Source: Dehalococcoidia bacterium (GTDB lineage: Bacteria; Chloroflexota; Dehalococcoidia; Lucifugimonadales; Australimonadaceae). From it: 64,000 nt of DNA. Of this stretch, positions 27,143 through 36,205 are shown one piece after another; positions within the stretch are counted from its first letter, which is position 1, and the number at the start of each line of letters is the position of its first letter. A program made the translations under genes and the position numbers. Location: assembly GCA_965248455.1 (NCBI GenBank), contig OZ252105.1:200993-264992 (forward strand), given 5' to 3'. A model generated the notes under the pieces. That model was not told the origin of the DNA, made no database searches, and was given only the letters and a program-made list of their open reading frames with translations.

Positions 27143-28495
27143 ATGCGACTACGACTAAATGGGTGGACGGCCGCCTTCGCGGCTGGAGCAGCGATGTTGC
27201 TCGTGCTGGCCGCTTGCGGCGGCGATGACCCCACCGCGGCGCCAGCTGCGACGTCGACACCGACGCCGGAAGCGATGATGGAGGCGACAGCGACGCCTGA
27301 CGCGATGGTGGCGACGGCAGCGCCGACGGCAGCACCGGCAGGGGCGACAGCCGCGCCAGCTGCGACGGCAGGACCGACAGCAGCGCCAACAGCAGCGCCG
27401 ACGGCAGCCCCAACGGCAGTGCCCGCGGTTCCCGACCCGGCGGTCACGTTTGAAGGGAGGACCATCCGCATCGTGGCGAACTCGTCTCCGGGCGGCGGCA
27501 CGGACACGCAGGGGCGCGTTATGGCGGCGTTCATGAGCCAGTACATACCGGGCAACCCGCGCGTGGTGTTCACGAACCAGCCGAACAAGCCACTGGAGTA
27601 CATTTTCGCAGCGACAGAAGCGCCCAAGGATGGCACGTACATCTCCTGGAACAGCTCGCCGCAGTTGAATTACGGCTTCAATGCGGACACGAAGTTCATC
27701 AAACGCAGCACGTTCGAGCCTCTGGGCTCGACCATCGATCCGACCCGCGCATGGATAACGTATGACGCGGTGGGCAACCTGGGTCCAAGCGCAGCTACGA
27801 ACTGCCTTTGGGACTACTCCGGCATGAGCAGCACGGGCGGCGGCACGCATGGCGAATTCCTGCTGGCCGATGAACTCTCCGACATCGCCCAGGGCAACCC
27901 CACGCTGTTGTCGACGGTGTACGCGTCCGAGCAGTTGGACATCCCGTTCCGCTTCTTCGGTTTCACCACTGTTGACACGAATGCGTTGTTCCTGATGTGG
28001 GCGCGTGGAGATGTCAACAGCACCGTGCAGCCCAGCTACTGGCACCGGTTCCCGCTGGAGAACCCGGGCTGGTTGGAAACCGGCTTCGTCCGGCAGTTGG
28101 CGGGCATGGGCCCTGGCACCATGAAGCCCAACTCGCTGGGTCCACCGCAGTGCGGCGATATGCGCGATTACCTCAACGATGAGCAGAAGTTCATCTACAA
28201 CTCCATGATCGGCCCGCCGAATTACGCATCGAAGGCGCTTTGGCTGCCGCCGGGCACACCGGACAACATCGCCGACACGCTTTCAGCGGCGTTCGAAACA
28301 GCGTTGACGCAAGACGAAGAACTGATTCGGAAGTATGCGGGAGTAGCGGGCGAGAGCCCCGGTTGGATCGGCCGTGACGAACTGACTGCGGCGACAATCG
28401 AGAACGAGATGCTGTACGAAGGCGCTCAAGCGGTTGTCGAGGCGCAGATGGATCGGCTGCTGCCCAAGTACTTCTCCGATTACATCGGCAGGTAG
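27143..28495 (+). CDS. tctC: tripartite tricarboxylate transporter substrate-binding lipoprotein (TctC/Bug family), copy 1
   Basis: Lipobox LVLAACGG, a long Ala/Pro/Thr linker, then IRIVANSSPGGGTDTQGR Bug-family motif. Confidence 0.75.
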   Translation: MRLRLNGWTAAFAAGAAMLLVLAACGGDDPTAAPAATSTPTPEAMMEATATPDAMVATAAPTAAPAGATAAPAATAGPTAAPTAAPTAAPTAVPAVPDPAVTFEGRTIRIVANSSPGGGTDTQGRVMAAFMSQYIPGNPRVVFTNQPNKPLEYIFAATEAPKDGTYISWNSSPQLNYGFNADTKFIKRSTFEPLGSTIDPTRAWITYDAVGNLGPSAATNCLWDYSGMSSTGGGTHGEFLLADELSDIAQGNPTLLSTVYASEQLDIPFRFFGFTTVDTNALFLMWARGDVNSTVQPSYWHRFPLENPGWLETGFVRQLAGMGPGTMKPNSLGPPQCGDMRDYLNDEQKFIYNSMIGPPNYASKALWLPPGTPDNIADTLSAAFETALTQDEELIRKYAGVAGESPGWIGRDELTAATIENEMLYEGAQAVVEAQMDRLLPKYFSDYIGR

Positions 28496-28583
28496 TACGA
28501 CCTAACGCAGTGGGGGAGCGGCGGCCCCTGGATACCGCAGGAGCCGCCCTTCCTCCGAAGTTGGAAGCTGCATATAAATAAAA

Positions 28584-28612
28584 TTGCAATATTCTGTGAT
28601 ATGATTTGTAAT
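28584..28612 (+). promoter_or_regulatory. candidate sigma70-type promoter inside an AT-rich island (about 28571-28650)
   Basis: TTGCAA, 17-nt spacer, TGTAAT. A second weaker candidate is TTGACG (28618), 18-nt spacer, GATAAA. Confidence 0.3.
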
Positions 28613-28780
28613 AAATCTTGACGATTGCGTATGCTCCTCGTGATAAACATGCACGGGTGTGCGGCTGACCCGTAAGGGTCATTCGTGCGTAGTGTCTTAT
28701 CCCTCAGGGAGGAAGGCGAAGAAACGCCGGTGGCTTACGTTCGAGTAGAGACGCACATGGAAAGCAACAGGGAGGATGAG

Positions 28781-30139
28781 ATGCGGATTACGACTAAATG
28801 GGTGGCCGCCTTCACGGCTGGCGCAGCGATGCTGCTCGTGCTGGCCGCTTGCGGCGGCGACGACCCCACCGCTGCGCCTGCTGCGACGGCGACGCCAACG
28901 CCGGAAGCGATGGCGGCGACAGCAGCGCCGACGGCAGCCCCGGCACCAGGGGCGACAGCAGCGCCAACGGCAGCCCCGGCACCAGGGGCGACAGCAGCGC
29001 CAGCTGCGACGGCAGCGCCCGCTGCGACGGCAGCGCCCGCTGCGACGGCAGCCCCAACGGCAGCGCCTGCGGTTCCAGACCCGGCGGTCACCTTTGAGGG
29101 CCGGACGGTTCGCATCGTGGCGAACTCGTCTCCCGGTGGTGGCACGGACACACAGGGGCGCGTCTTGGCGGCATTCATGAGTAAGTACATCCCCGGCAAC
29201 CCGCGCGTGGTGTTCACGAACCAGCCGAACAAGCCGCTGGAATACATCTACTCAGCGACGGAAGCGCCCAAGGATGGCACGTACATCTCCTGGAACAGCA
29301 CGCCCCAGTTGGACTTCGGCTTCAATGAGAGCACGCAGTTCATCAGGCGCAGCACGTTCGAACCCATCGGTTCCACGATCGACCCGACGCGCAGTTGGAT
29401 GACGTACGATCCGGTAGGCAACCTGGGCCCCAGCGCGGCCAACAGCTGCATCTGGGACTACTCCGGCATGAGCAGCACGGGCGGCGGGAACCATGGCGAG
29501 TTCCTGCTGGCAGACGAACTCTCCGACATCGCTGAGGGCAATCCCACGCTGTTGGCCACGGTGTATGCGTCTGAGCAGTTGGACATTCCGTTCCGCTACT
29601 TCGGATTCACCACTGTTGACACGAACGCGGTGCGCACGATGTGGGCACGCGGAGACATCAACTCCACGGTGCGGTCCAGCCTCTGGTACCGCTTCCCCGT
29701 GGAGAACCCGGACTGGATTCCTTCCGGCCTGATGCGCGTGATGGCGGGCATGGGCCCGGGCATGTTGCGGGCTAATGCACAGACCGAACCGCACTGCCCC
29801 GACGTGCGCGGACAGTTCGACGACGACCAGACCTTTATCTACAACTCACTGATCGGCCCGACGAACTACGCGTCGAAGGCGCTTTGGCTGCCGCCCGGCA
29901 CACCGGAAAATATCGCGGACACGCTGACGGCGGCGTTCGAGACGGCGCTGACGCAGGATCAGGACTTGATTCAGAAGTACGCCGGAGTCGCGGGCGAAAG
30001 CCCCGGCTGGATCGGCCGTGCCGAGTTGAAGGCCGCGACGATCGAAAACGAGATGCTGTTCGAAGGCGCTCAAGCGGTTGTCGTGGCGCAGATGGAGCGG
30101 TTGCTGCCGAAGTACTTCTCCGACTACATCAGCGGATAG
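28781..30139 (+). CDS. tctC: TctC/Bug family substrate-binding lipoprotein, copy 2 (tandem paralog)
   Basis: Same architecture as copy 1. GGGAGGA RBS before ATG 28781. The linker is built from nucleotide tandem repeats. Confidence 0.75.
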   Translation: MRITTKWVAAFTAGAAMLLVLAACGGDDPTAAPAATATPTPEAMAATAAPTAAPAPGATAAPTAAPAPGATAAPAATAAPAATAAPAATAAPTAAPAVPDPAVTFEGRTVRIVANSSPGGGTDTQGRVLAAFMSKYIPGNPRVVFTNQPNKPLEYIYSATEAPKDGTYISWNSTPQLDFGFNESTQFIRRSTFEPIGSTIDPTRSWMTYDPVGNLGPSAANSCIWDYSGMSSTGGGNHGEFLLADELSDIAEGNPTLLATVYASEQLDIPFRYFGFTTVDTNAVRTMWARGDINSTVRSSLWYRFPVENPDWIPSGLMRVMAGMGPGMLRANAQTEPHCPDVRGQFDDDQTFIYNSLIGPTNYASKALWLPPGTPENIADTLTAAFETALTQDQDLIQKYAGVAGESPGWIGRAELKAATIENEMLFEGAQAVVVAQMERLLPKYFSDYISG

Positions 30140-30158
30140 CAACTGAGAGACTGCTAAC

Positions 30159-30199
30159 GGAAGGGGCGGCGCATGGCGCCACCGTGGCCGCCCCTTTCC
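30159..30199 (+). terminator. GC-rich hairpin after tctC copy 2 (terminator-like)
   Basis: ggaaggggcggc ... gccgcccctttcc. Confidence 0.45.
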
Positions 30200-30323
30200 G
30201 GCGCTAAGGTGAGTGAACGGACGAGTATGCTCCCCCGCCTGCGAGGCGGGCCGGGGCTGAGCTTCTATCCCTTGGTTCCGAACGTCGAATGCTTGGCATG
30301 GCGGCGTGATTGGAGCGGATGCG

Positions 30324-32363
30324 ATGCTGGGTGATTTTGCAGACGGACTCGCTTATCTGGGCACCGTTAGCTACTGGGGGGCGTTCCTGTTGGCCGTATT
30401 CATCACCGTGCCGATTGCCCTGATACCGGGCATCTCGGCCACGCTGGTGATGGCCATCATGATTCCGTTCATCGTTATCCAAGTGGACGATCCGGTGATT
30501 GGCTTGGTTATGCTGGCGACGCTCACCGGCATCGACAATACACTGGATTCCATCCCCTCGATTCTCCTGGGGATGCCAGGCGGCGCGACGCAGGTAACGT
30601 TCCTCGAAGGGAATCAGTTAGCCCAGAGAGGGCAGGCTGCGCATACGTTGGGCGCCGTCTACGCCGTTTCAGCCATTGGCGGGGTTGTCGGCGCGTTGTC
30701 ACTTGCCATCATTATCCCCGTCATCTCACCGTTCGTACTGGCGTTCGGTTTCGCGGAGATCGGCGCGATGGCCTTGTTCGGCGTCGCGATGGTGGCGGCA
30801 TTGAGCGGCGGCGCGATGATCAAGGGAATCGCTGCTGCCATTGTCGGGATGCTGCTCAGCACCGTCGGCCCTGCCGGTCTCGACTTCCGTTATTCGTTCG
30901 ACCAGCAGTGGTTGATGTGGACCGGATTCCCGCTTATCGCGACGACCATCGGCGTGTTCGCGCTGCCGGAGATCATCGACCTCACCATGACGCGCAAACC
31001 TCTCGCGCCTCCGAATGCGAAGATCAGCTACAACGAGATATTCAGCGGCGCGAGGTATGGCTTCAAGCGATGGCCCATAGCCATCCGCCAGTCGCTCTTC
31101 GGCGTCTTCCTGGGCGCAGTGCCCGGCATCGGCAGCGGTGTCGTGGACTGGATGTCCTACGCCTTCGGCATCTTCTGGACGAAGGACAAGAGCCAGTTCG
31201 GCAAAGGATCGCTGGACGGCGTGTTGTTCGCGGAATCGGCGCAGAACGCGAAAGAAGGCGGCCAGGCGGTGCCAACGTTGGCATTGGGCATCCCGGGCGG
31301 ACGCGCATGGGCTTTCGTCATCGTCGCCATGCTGTCATACGGCATCGCGCCAGGCCCCCGGATGCTGGAGGAGCATGCCGACATCACCATCATGATCATC
31401 CTGAGCCTCGGGCTAGGAAACCTCATGGTGACGATGCTCGGCATGGGCTTCACGCGGCAGATGGCGCGTCTCACCCTGATTCCGTACCCCGTCCTCGGTT
31501 TCCTCATCATTCCCATCTCGCTCCTGGCTGCGTTCCAGGACACGCGGGATGTGAGCGCGATCGCTATCGTACTGGGCGGCGCGGCGCTGGGCATGCTCAT
31601 GAAGCGCTACCGCTGGCCGAGGCCCCCGCTGCTCATCGGGTTCATTCTGGGGTCGATCATCGAGAAGAACATCACGGACTCGGTGGCACGATACGACTGG
31701 GTGGGGACGTTTACGCGTCCGTTGTTCATCATCCTGGTGATACTGGCAATCGCGATAGCAGCGCTGTTCACGAAATTCATGAGCGGCGGAACGAACACCT
31801 CTCCGGTGGAGGGCGTTCCGATTCCACCGGCGGGTGAATCGCAGGACGCGCCGGTTCGCCGTTCCTCACGGTTCAGCAACATGCGATGGCGTTGGCGTGA
31901 AGAACAGATATTCACCCTGACCGCCATACTGGTGATGGGCTACGTTATCTGGGAAGCGCAGTTCTTCTCATTCTTCGGGCGATGGTTCCCCATGAGCCTC
32001 GGCATAGTCGGGCTCGTCCTCGTGATCGCGCAGTTCATCCGTGAAGGCCTTGGCGCCAAGACGGGCGACATCATGGATATCGGCATCCGCAGCAGAGGAA
32101 TGGAGGGCGCGCGATCCGCAGGGCTCATCTTCCTCGGTTTGCTGTTAGGCATGCTGGTCATAGCGGGTCTCATCGACGAGGGGTTGAAGTGGGGAGCGAT
32201 AGTGATTGCGCTCCTTGGACCGCCTCTCATCATGCAGAACCGCACCGGCGTGATTGGCGGTATCCTCGCGGCGACGTTGCTTCTGAATCTGAATGTGTGG
32301 TTCTTCGATTACCTGCTTGCCGTGATCTGGCCGAATGCCTTCATCCTTCGCTGGTTCAGCTAG
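30324..32363 (+). CDS. tctA: TctA-family permease with a C-terminal 4-TM TctB-like extension
   Basis: 679 aa versus about 500 for TctA alone. After a polar linker (…GESQDAPVRRSSRFSNMRW…) come four more hydrophobic helices. No separate tctB ORF. Confidence 0.75.
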   Translation: MLGDFADGLAYLGTVSYWGAFLLAVFITVPIALIPGISATLVMAIMIPFIVIQVDDPVIGLVMLATLTGIDNTLDSIPSILLGMPGGATQVTFLEGNQLAQRGQAAHTLGAVYAVSAIGGVVGALSLAIIIPVISPFVLAFGFAEIGAMALFGVAMVAALSGGAMIKGIAAAIVGMLLSTVGPAGLDFRYSFDQQWLMWTGFPLIATTIGVFALPEIIDLTMTRKPLAPPNAKISYNEIFSGARYGFKRWPIAIRQSLFGVFLGAVPGIGSGVVDWMSYAFGIFWTKDKSQFGKGSLDGVLFAESAQNAKEGGQAVPTLALGIPGGRAWAFVIVAMLSYGIAPGPRMLEEHADITIMIILSLGLGNLMVTMLGMGFTRQMARLTLIPYPVLGFLIIPISLLAAFQDTRDVSAIAIVLGGAALGMLMKRYRWPRPPLLIGFILGSIIEKNITDSVARYDWVGTFTRPLFIILVILAIAIAALFTKFMSGGTNTSPVEGVPIPPAGESQDAPVRRSSRFSNMRWRWREEQIFTLTAILVMGYVIWEAQFFSFFGRWFPMSLGIVGLVLVIAQFIREGLGAKTGDIMDIGIRSRGMEGARSAGLIFLGLLLGMLVIAGLIDEGLKWGAIVIALLGPPLIMQNRTGVIGGILAATLLLNLNVWFFDYLLAVIWPNAFILRWFS

Positions 32364-32607
32364 GTCTTATGCAAACGAAGGCTTTCGGACGGGGTGCCCG
32401 TGTGGAGGTTCCGTCCGCTGCCTATCGGCGGGCTTTCACCCTGGTTGCAACGGGAGTAGATCGGCGGGAGAGGCGCGATGCGCGCGATCGCTGATGGTGG
32501 CTCACAGCCTTTAAATGAATGGCTGATCGCCCTCGGCGTGATTGGACTCGCGATAGATGGACTAGGTGCGTTTTGCTCGCACACTTCCGTGAAAAAGGAG
32601 AAGGTTG

Positions 32608-32814
32608 ATGTCTAATCGGCAAAAGCTCTGGCGACAGGCGGCGTTGGGGGTTATGGCTTTGGTTTTGGTGGTGGCGGCGGCGGCGGGCGCGGGTATGGTG
32701 ACAGAGGCGGGAGAGATGGCGTTGGCGGCGTTTTCACTAACGTCGATAGTGGTGGCTGCGGGGTTGGTGATAGTGGCGAGGAGAATCGCAGAATGGGGAG
32801 GGATGGAAAGATGA
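32608..32814 (+). CDS. small hypothetical membrane protein
   Basis: AAGGAGAAGG RBS and two hydrophobic helices. Confidence 0.35.
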   Translation: MSNRQKLWRQAALGVMALVLVVAAAAGAGMVTEAGEMALAAFSLTSIVVAAGLVIVARRIAEWGGMER

Positions 32815-32864
32815 CACTTGGCCGCCGTGGCAGAAGGTCGGCGGTGGCGCGCGATGGGTGACGA

Positions 32865-33326
32865 ATGAGAATTACCATGAAGCTGGCGCTGGCTGCATTC
32901 GTAGTGGGGCTGGTAGCTGCGCTGGTCGGCTGGGTGTGGCTCGGCGAGGTGGGGGAACTGAAATCGCGCACGGAACGCTCGGTTGCCACCTACCAGGACG
33001 GGATGCTGATCTACACGACGCTCGCCGGAACAGAGGCCACGATTCCGGTGTGGGACGAGTGCAAGAATCTGGGCCCGCGTCCTGCGAACGAGTGCATTGC
33101 GTACTACGAGAACGGCGATGAAGTAGTCATTACGTACGATTCGGCAGAGCCCACGCACGCGTGGCGTGGCCCGACGCCTAACGGCGTGCCAGCAACCGGG
33201 TTGTTCTGGGGCGGCATCGCGCTGGGGATATTCGCGCTGTTCGGAATCTGGTTCACGTCGTCGTGGTACCGGCGACTCAGCCGCCCCACCATCGCAGGGC
33301 AGGGCGCTCCTCCTGTGGAGGATTAG
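32865..33326 (+). CDS. hypothetical membrane protein (DUF3592-like topology)
   Basis: N-terminal TM, soluble middle part, C-terminal TM (LFWGGIALGIFALFGIWF). Confidence 0.45.
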   Translation: MRITMKLALAAFVVGLVAALVGWVWLGEVGELKSRTERSVATYQDGMLIYTTLAGTEATIPVWDECKNLGPRPANECIAYYENGDEVVITYDSAEPTHAWRGPTPNGVPATGLFWGGIALGIFALFGIWFTSSWYRRLSRPTIAGQGAPPVED

Positions 33327-34885
33327 TCCAGCACCTCCGCCGTCTGCTTCTCGATCTCAGGGAAGAGCAGCGACTTCACCACGACAGGGACGACGCGCGC
33401 CGGGTAGATCATCTCCCCGATGTCTATGTAATCGAACTCCTGCAGGAACAGGTTGTCTATGGAGATGACCGGGTTCGTGATGCCAATGTCCTTCGTGATG
33501 GTTTCGCCGATGAGCTTGGCGAAATCGCCCGTGAACACCAGCATCAGCGGCGACCCGTTCGCCAGCGACCGGGGCATCGCCGCAACGATGCCGTCCGCGA
33601 TCTTCCGTATCTGCGAGTAGCGGGGCAGACCATCCCAATCGAAAGCGAGCGCCACCTGCTGCCCTCCCTCGGTGAGGTCCTGACGCTCGAACGCCTGGTT
33701 GACCAGTGCGGCAACCTCCTCCGGCTGCACTTCGTGATCCTCCGACAGCTTCGAGATGAGCACCGGCACGTTCCGGTACGGCAGAAGCGACGTGTCGGAG
33801 ATGGAGAGCGTGTTGCCGCTCAACTGAACCGTGAATTGCGATGCACCTATCACCGTAGCCCTGATGCGCTCCGTCGCGGGCTGTACGGGCGCGGGAAGGG
33901 CGTTCTCGGCCATCTTACGGCTCACTGCGTCGGCCAACGCCATGGCCAGATCGCCGAAGTCTTTGGTCTCGTTACCGTAGATGTACTCCGAGACGCCGCC
34001 GGAGAAGACGAGAGCGTCGTAGGCCATGTCGGCTGGCATATCGGGCGTCAGGAGCAGCGCCTGCGTCAGTTCGGAGCGCGGACGGCCCTGGATGACGTCG
34101 ATGATGACTTCTCCGAGCGCGTCAGCGATAGCGATCCTGCTCTGATCCGACAGCGGTTCGCCGAAGCTCAGGGGAACGCTGATGGCGTCGGCGGTGGTGT
34201 GCGCCGCTTCCTCGACGCGCGTGATGCTGCCGTCAGCGCCGGTGGCGACGAGCCTGCCGCCGACGTTGACCGTGGCGGTCTGCGCGACGCGTCCGTCCTT
34301 GACCAGTGCGAATTTCGTCGTGCCCCCTCCGATGTCCACGTTGAGCACCGTCTGATGCGGATTGCGCGAGAGCTTCACCGCGCCGGAGCCGTTCGCTGCC
34401 AGCACCGATTCCAGGTTGTGGCCGGCTGAGGCGCACACGAACTTGCCCGCGTGATCGGCGAAGATGTCGGCTATGGCGTGAGCGTTGCGACGCTTGATCG
34501 CCTCGCCGGTGAGGATGATAGCTCCGCTGTCGATGTCCTGCGCCTGAAATCCCGCCTCTGCGTAGGAGTCAGCGATGAACCCTTCGAGGAGTTGTGTGTT
34601 GATGAGGTTGTCGTGCGTGTACGGCGTCAGCAGGATGGGCGACTTGTAGAGCGTCTGCCGGTCGACGACGACGTACCTGCTCGAGTGCATCTCCTGCACG
34701 CGCTGCAGCGTGATGTTGGAGAACATCAGGTGCGAGGTTGACGACCCGATGTCTATCCCGACGGTCTTGAGTTCGATGACCTCGTGATGGTAGTAGTCGT
34801 GGTCCGGGTTGTTCAGCTCGATAGAGAGCTTCGCCAGCCGCTCTTCGTCGGGATCGTGGGCATGCGCCCAGGGCTCATCGTGCAT
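33323..34885 (-). CDS. EutA-like ASKHA-superfamily ATPase, copy 1
   Basis: 520 aa. VGIDIGSSTSH and NVDIGGGTTKF phosphate-binding motifs. His/Asp-rich N-terminus MHDEPWAHAHDPDEE. Confidence 0.8.
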   Translation of the reverse strand: MHDEPWAHAHDPDEERLAKLSIELNNPDHDYYHHEVIELKTVGIDIGSSTSHLMFSNITLQRVQEMHSSRYVVVDRQTLYKSPILLTPYTHDNLINTQLLEGFIADSYAEAGFQAQDIDSGAIILTGEAIKRRNAHAIADIFADHAGKFVCASAGHNLESVLAANGSGAVKLSRNPHQTVLNVDIGGGTTKFALVKDGRVAQTATVNVGGRLVATGADGSITRVEEAAHTTADAISVPLSFGEPLSDQSRIAIADALGEVIIDVIQGRPRSELTQALLLTPDMPADMAYDALVFSGGVSEYIYGNETKDFGDLAMALADAVSRKMAENALPAPVQPATERIRATVIGASQFTVQLSGNTLSISDTSLLPYRNVPVLISKLSEDHEVQPEEVAALVNQAFERQDLTEGGQQVALAFDWDGLPRYSQIRKIADGIVAAMPRSLANGSPLMLVFTGDFAKLIGETITKDIGITNPVISIDNLFLQEFDYIDIGEMIYPARVVPVVVKSLLFPEIEKQTAEVLD

Positions 34886-34984
34886 CGTGTGCGTTCCTTT
34901 CCGTATTCCGATTGCGTTTCGGGACGCACGGGGCTGGCGCGCGTTGAACGCACGTCAGTTCCCACCGGCGCTGCGCGCCCGCTG

Positions 34985-36079
34985 TTAGTGGTCAGCGACG
35001 CCTGTGTAGTCCCATTGATAGTTGACGTCGCGGTATGCCCCGTCCGGCATCCCGCACGGGATGTCGCGCTTGGCGAGCTCCTCCTCGAACATCTGCCGGA
35101 TCCACGGCTCCTCGTTCGGGTATTCGATCTGGTCTTCGGACAGATTCTGCACCTGCTCCGACATGCCCATGAACTGGTTGGGCGGATGGAGCGCGAGGTA
35201 GCGCCCGTGGGTCGCGCCCAGGTTGAAATGCTGATGGAACCAACGGTCGGGGGGAACGAAGCAACTGGCCTCGTGCCACGGCACCACGACCTTCTCCTTG
35301 CCTTCCTGCCACATGATCGAATAGCCCTCGCCGCCGGGGATGACGATGACGCGCCCCGGCCCGTGGCGGTGGCCCTTCTTGTAGGTGCCGGTAGGGAAGA
35401 CGGACATGTGCGCATGCAGCTCCGACCCCGGAATCTGCATGTAGACCGACCGGTTGACGGAGCCTCGCCCTGGCCGGTGCATCAGCTTGTCCCAGACGCC
35501 CATGTCAGGGAAGAAGTTGCCGAACCAGAGGGTGCGCCCGGCGGCCCCTTCCGCGACGTGTTCCTGTGTCGTCGCCTCGGCTTCGGAGTAGAACTCCTGG
35601 CCGCTGAGCACGTCCTCCTCGAACGGGTTGTTGAAGAAGAAGGCGGGGTTCGGAATCGCGGACATCGCGATGGGCAGGTAGTTGTAGTGCAGCAGCCGCA
35701 CCGGACGGTCGCCGTGCATATTGTTGAACTGCGCCCACGAGTTGCGGGGGATGAGGAAGAGCGAGCGCGGAGACCACTCGAACGTGTGGCGCTCGCTGCC
35801 TTCGCTGCTCCAAACGACGGTTGTGCCCTGACCGCTCAGCACGTAGACCATCTCGTCTATCGCCTGCTTGAAGGGTTTGAGCGTACCGCCGGGCGGAATC
35901 TCCTGCACGCGCCCCTCCACGACGCCGGGCATACCCTCCAGCTGGATGAACGCAGCATCGCACTCGCGGAGGCTCCATGGTCCGACTTCCACGTTGCGGA
36001 GGTCTTCGAGGTAGTAACCCCGATGCACAGGGACGCCTTGCTCATTCATCCATCGGTCGTAGGTGAAATCGTTGGCCAT
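34985..36079 (-). CDS. bicupin protein, copy 1 (unknown function)
   Basis: 364 aa with two cupin barrels. The C-terminal barrel has LHAHM, KKGHRHGPG and WFHQHFN. GGAGGAG RBS. Confidence 0.8.
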   Translation of the reverse strand: MANDFTYDRWMNEQGVPVHRGYYLEDLRNVEVGPWSLRECDAAFIQLEGMPGVVEGRVQEIPPGGTLKPFKQAIDEMVYVLSGQGTTVVWSSEGSERHTFEWSPRSLFLIPRNSWAQFNNMHGDRPVRLLHYNYLPIAMSAIPNPAFFFNNPFEEDVLSGQEFYSEAEATTQEHVAEGAAGRTLWFGNFFPDMGVWDKLMHRPGRGSVNRSVYMQIPGSELHAHMSVFPTGTYKKGHRHGPGRVIVIPGGEGYSIMWQEGKEKVVVPWHEASCFVPPDRWFHQHFNLGATHGRYLALHPPNQFMGMSEQVQNLSEDQIEYPNEEPWIRQMFEEELAKRDIPCGMPDGAYRDVNYQWDYTGVADH

Positions 36080-36205
36080 ATCTCCTCCGTGGGCCTCGAT
36101 GGTCGGCCCGGATCCCTCGCTGGTAGTGGCGTTGCGCGCGTTGCCGCCACGCCATCACCAGCATATTATGCCACTGCGGGAATCATCGGCGAGGTGACTA
36201 TAGTA

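Noticed and set aside
27072-27642. Ala/Pro/Ser-rich ORFs overlapping the tctC linkers on other frames or strands (27072-27413, 27103-27642, 28735-29247, 28776-29180).
   Set aside because: They are low-complexity translations of the GC-rich linker-encoding repeats. The TctC frames carry a lipobox, an RBS and Bug-family motifs.
33323-34885. Calling the EutA-like genes part of an ethanolamine-utilisation (eut) operon.
   Set aside because: No eutB/eutC, eutL/K/M/N shell genes, or cobalamin genes are present. The conserved neighbour is a bicupin instead.
34784-36205. N-terminal about 470 aa of the 1023-aa ORF 34784-37855.
   Set aside because: This part is antisense to the bicupin gene and has no motifs. 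GGT-family similarity begins only near 36206, where a GTG start with an RBS is present.
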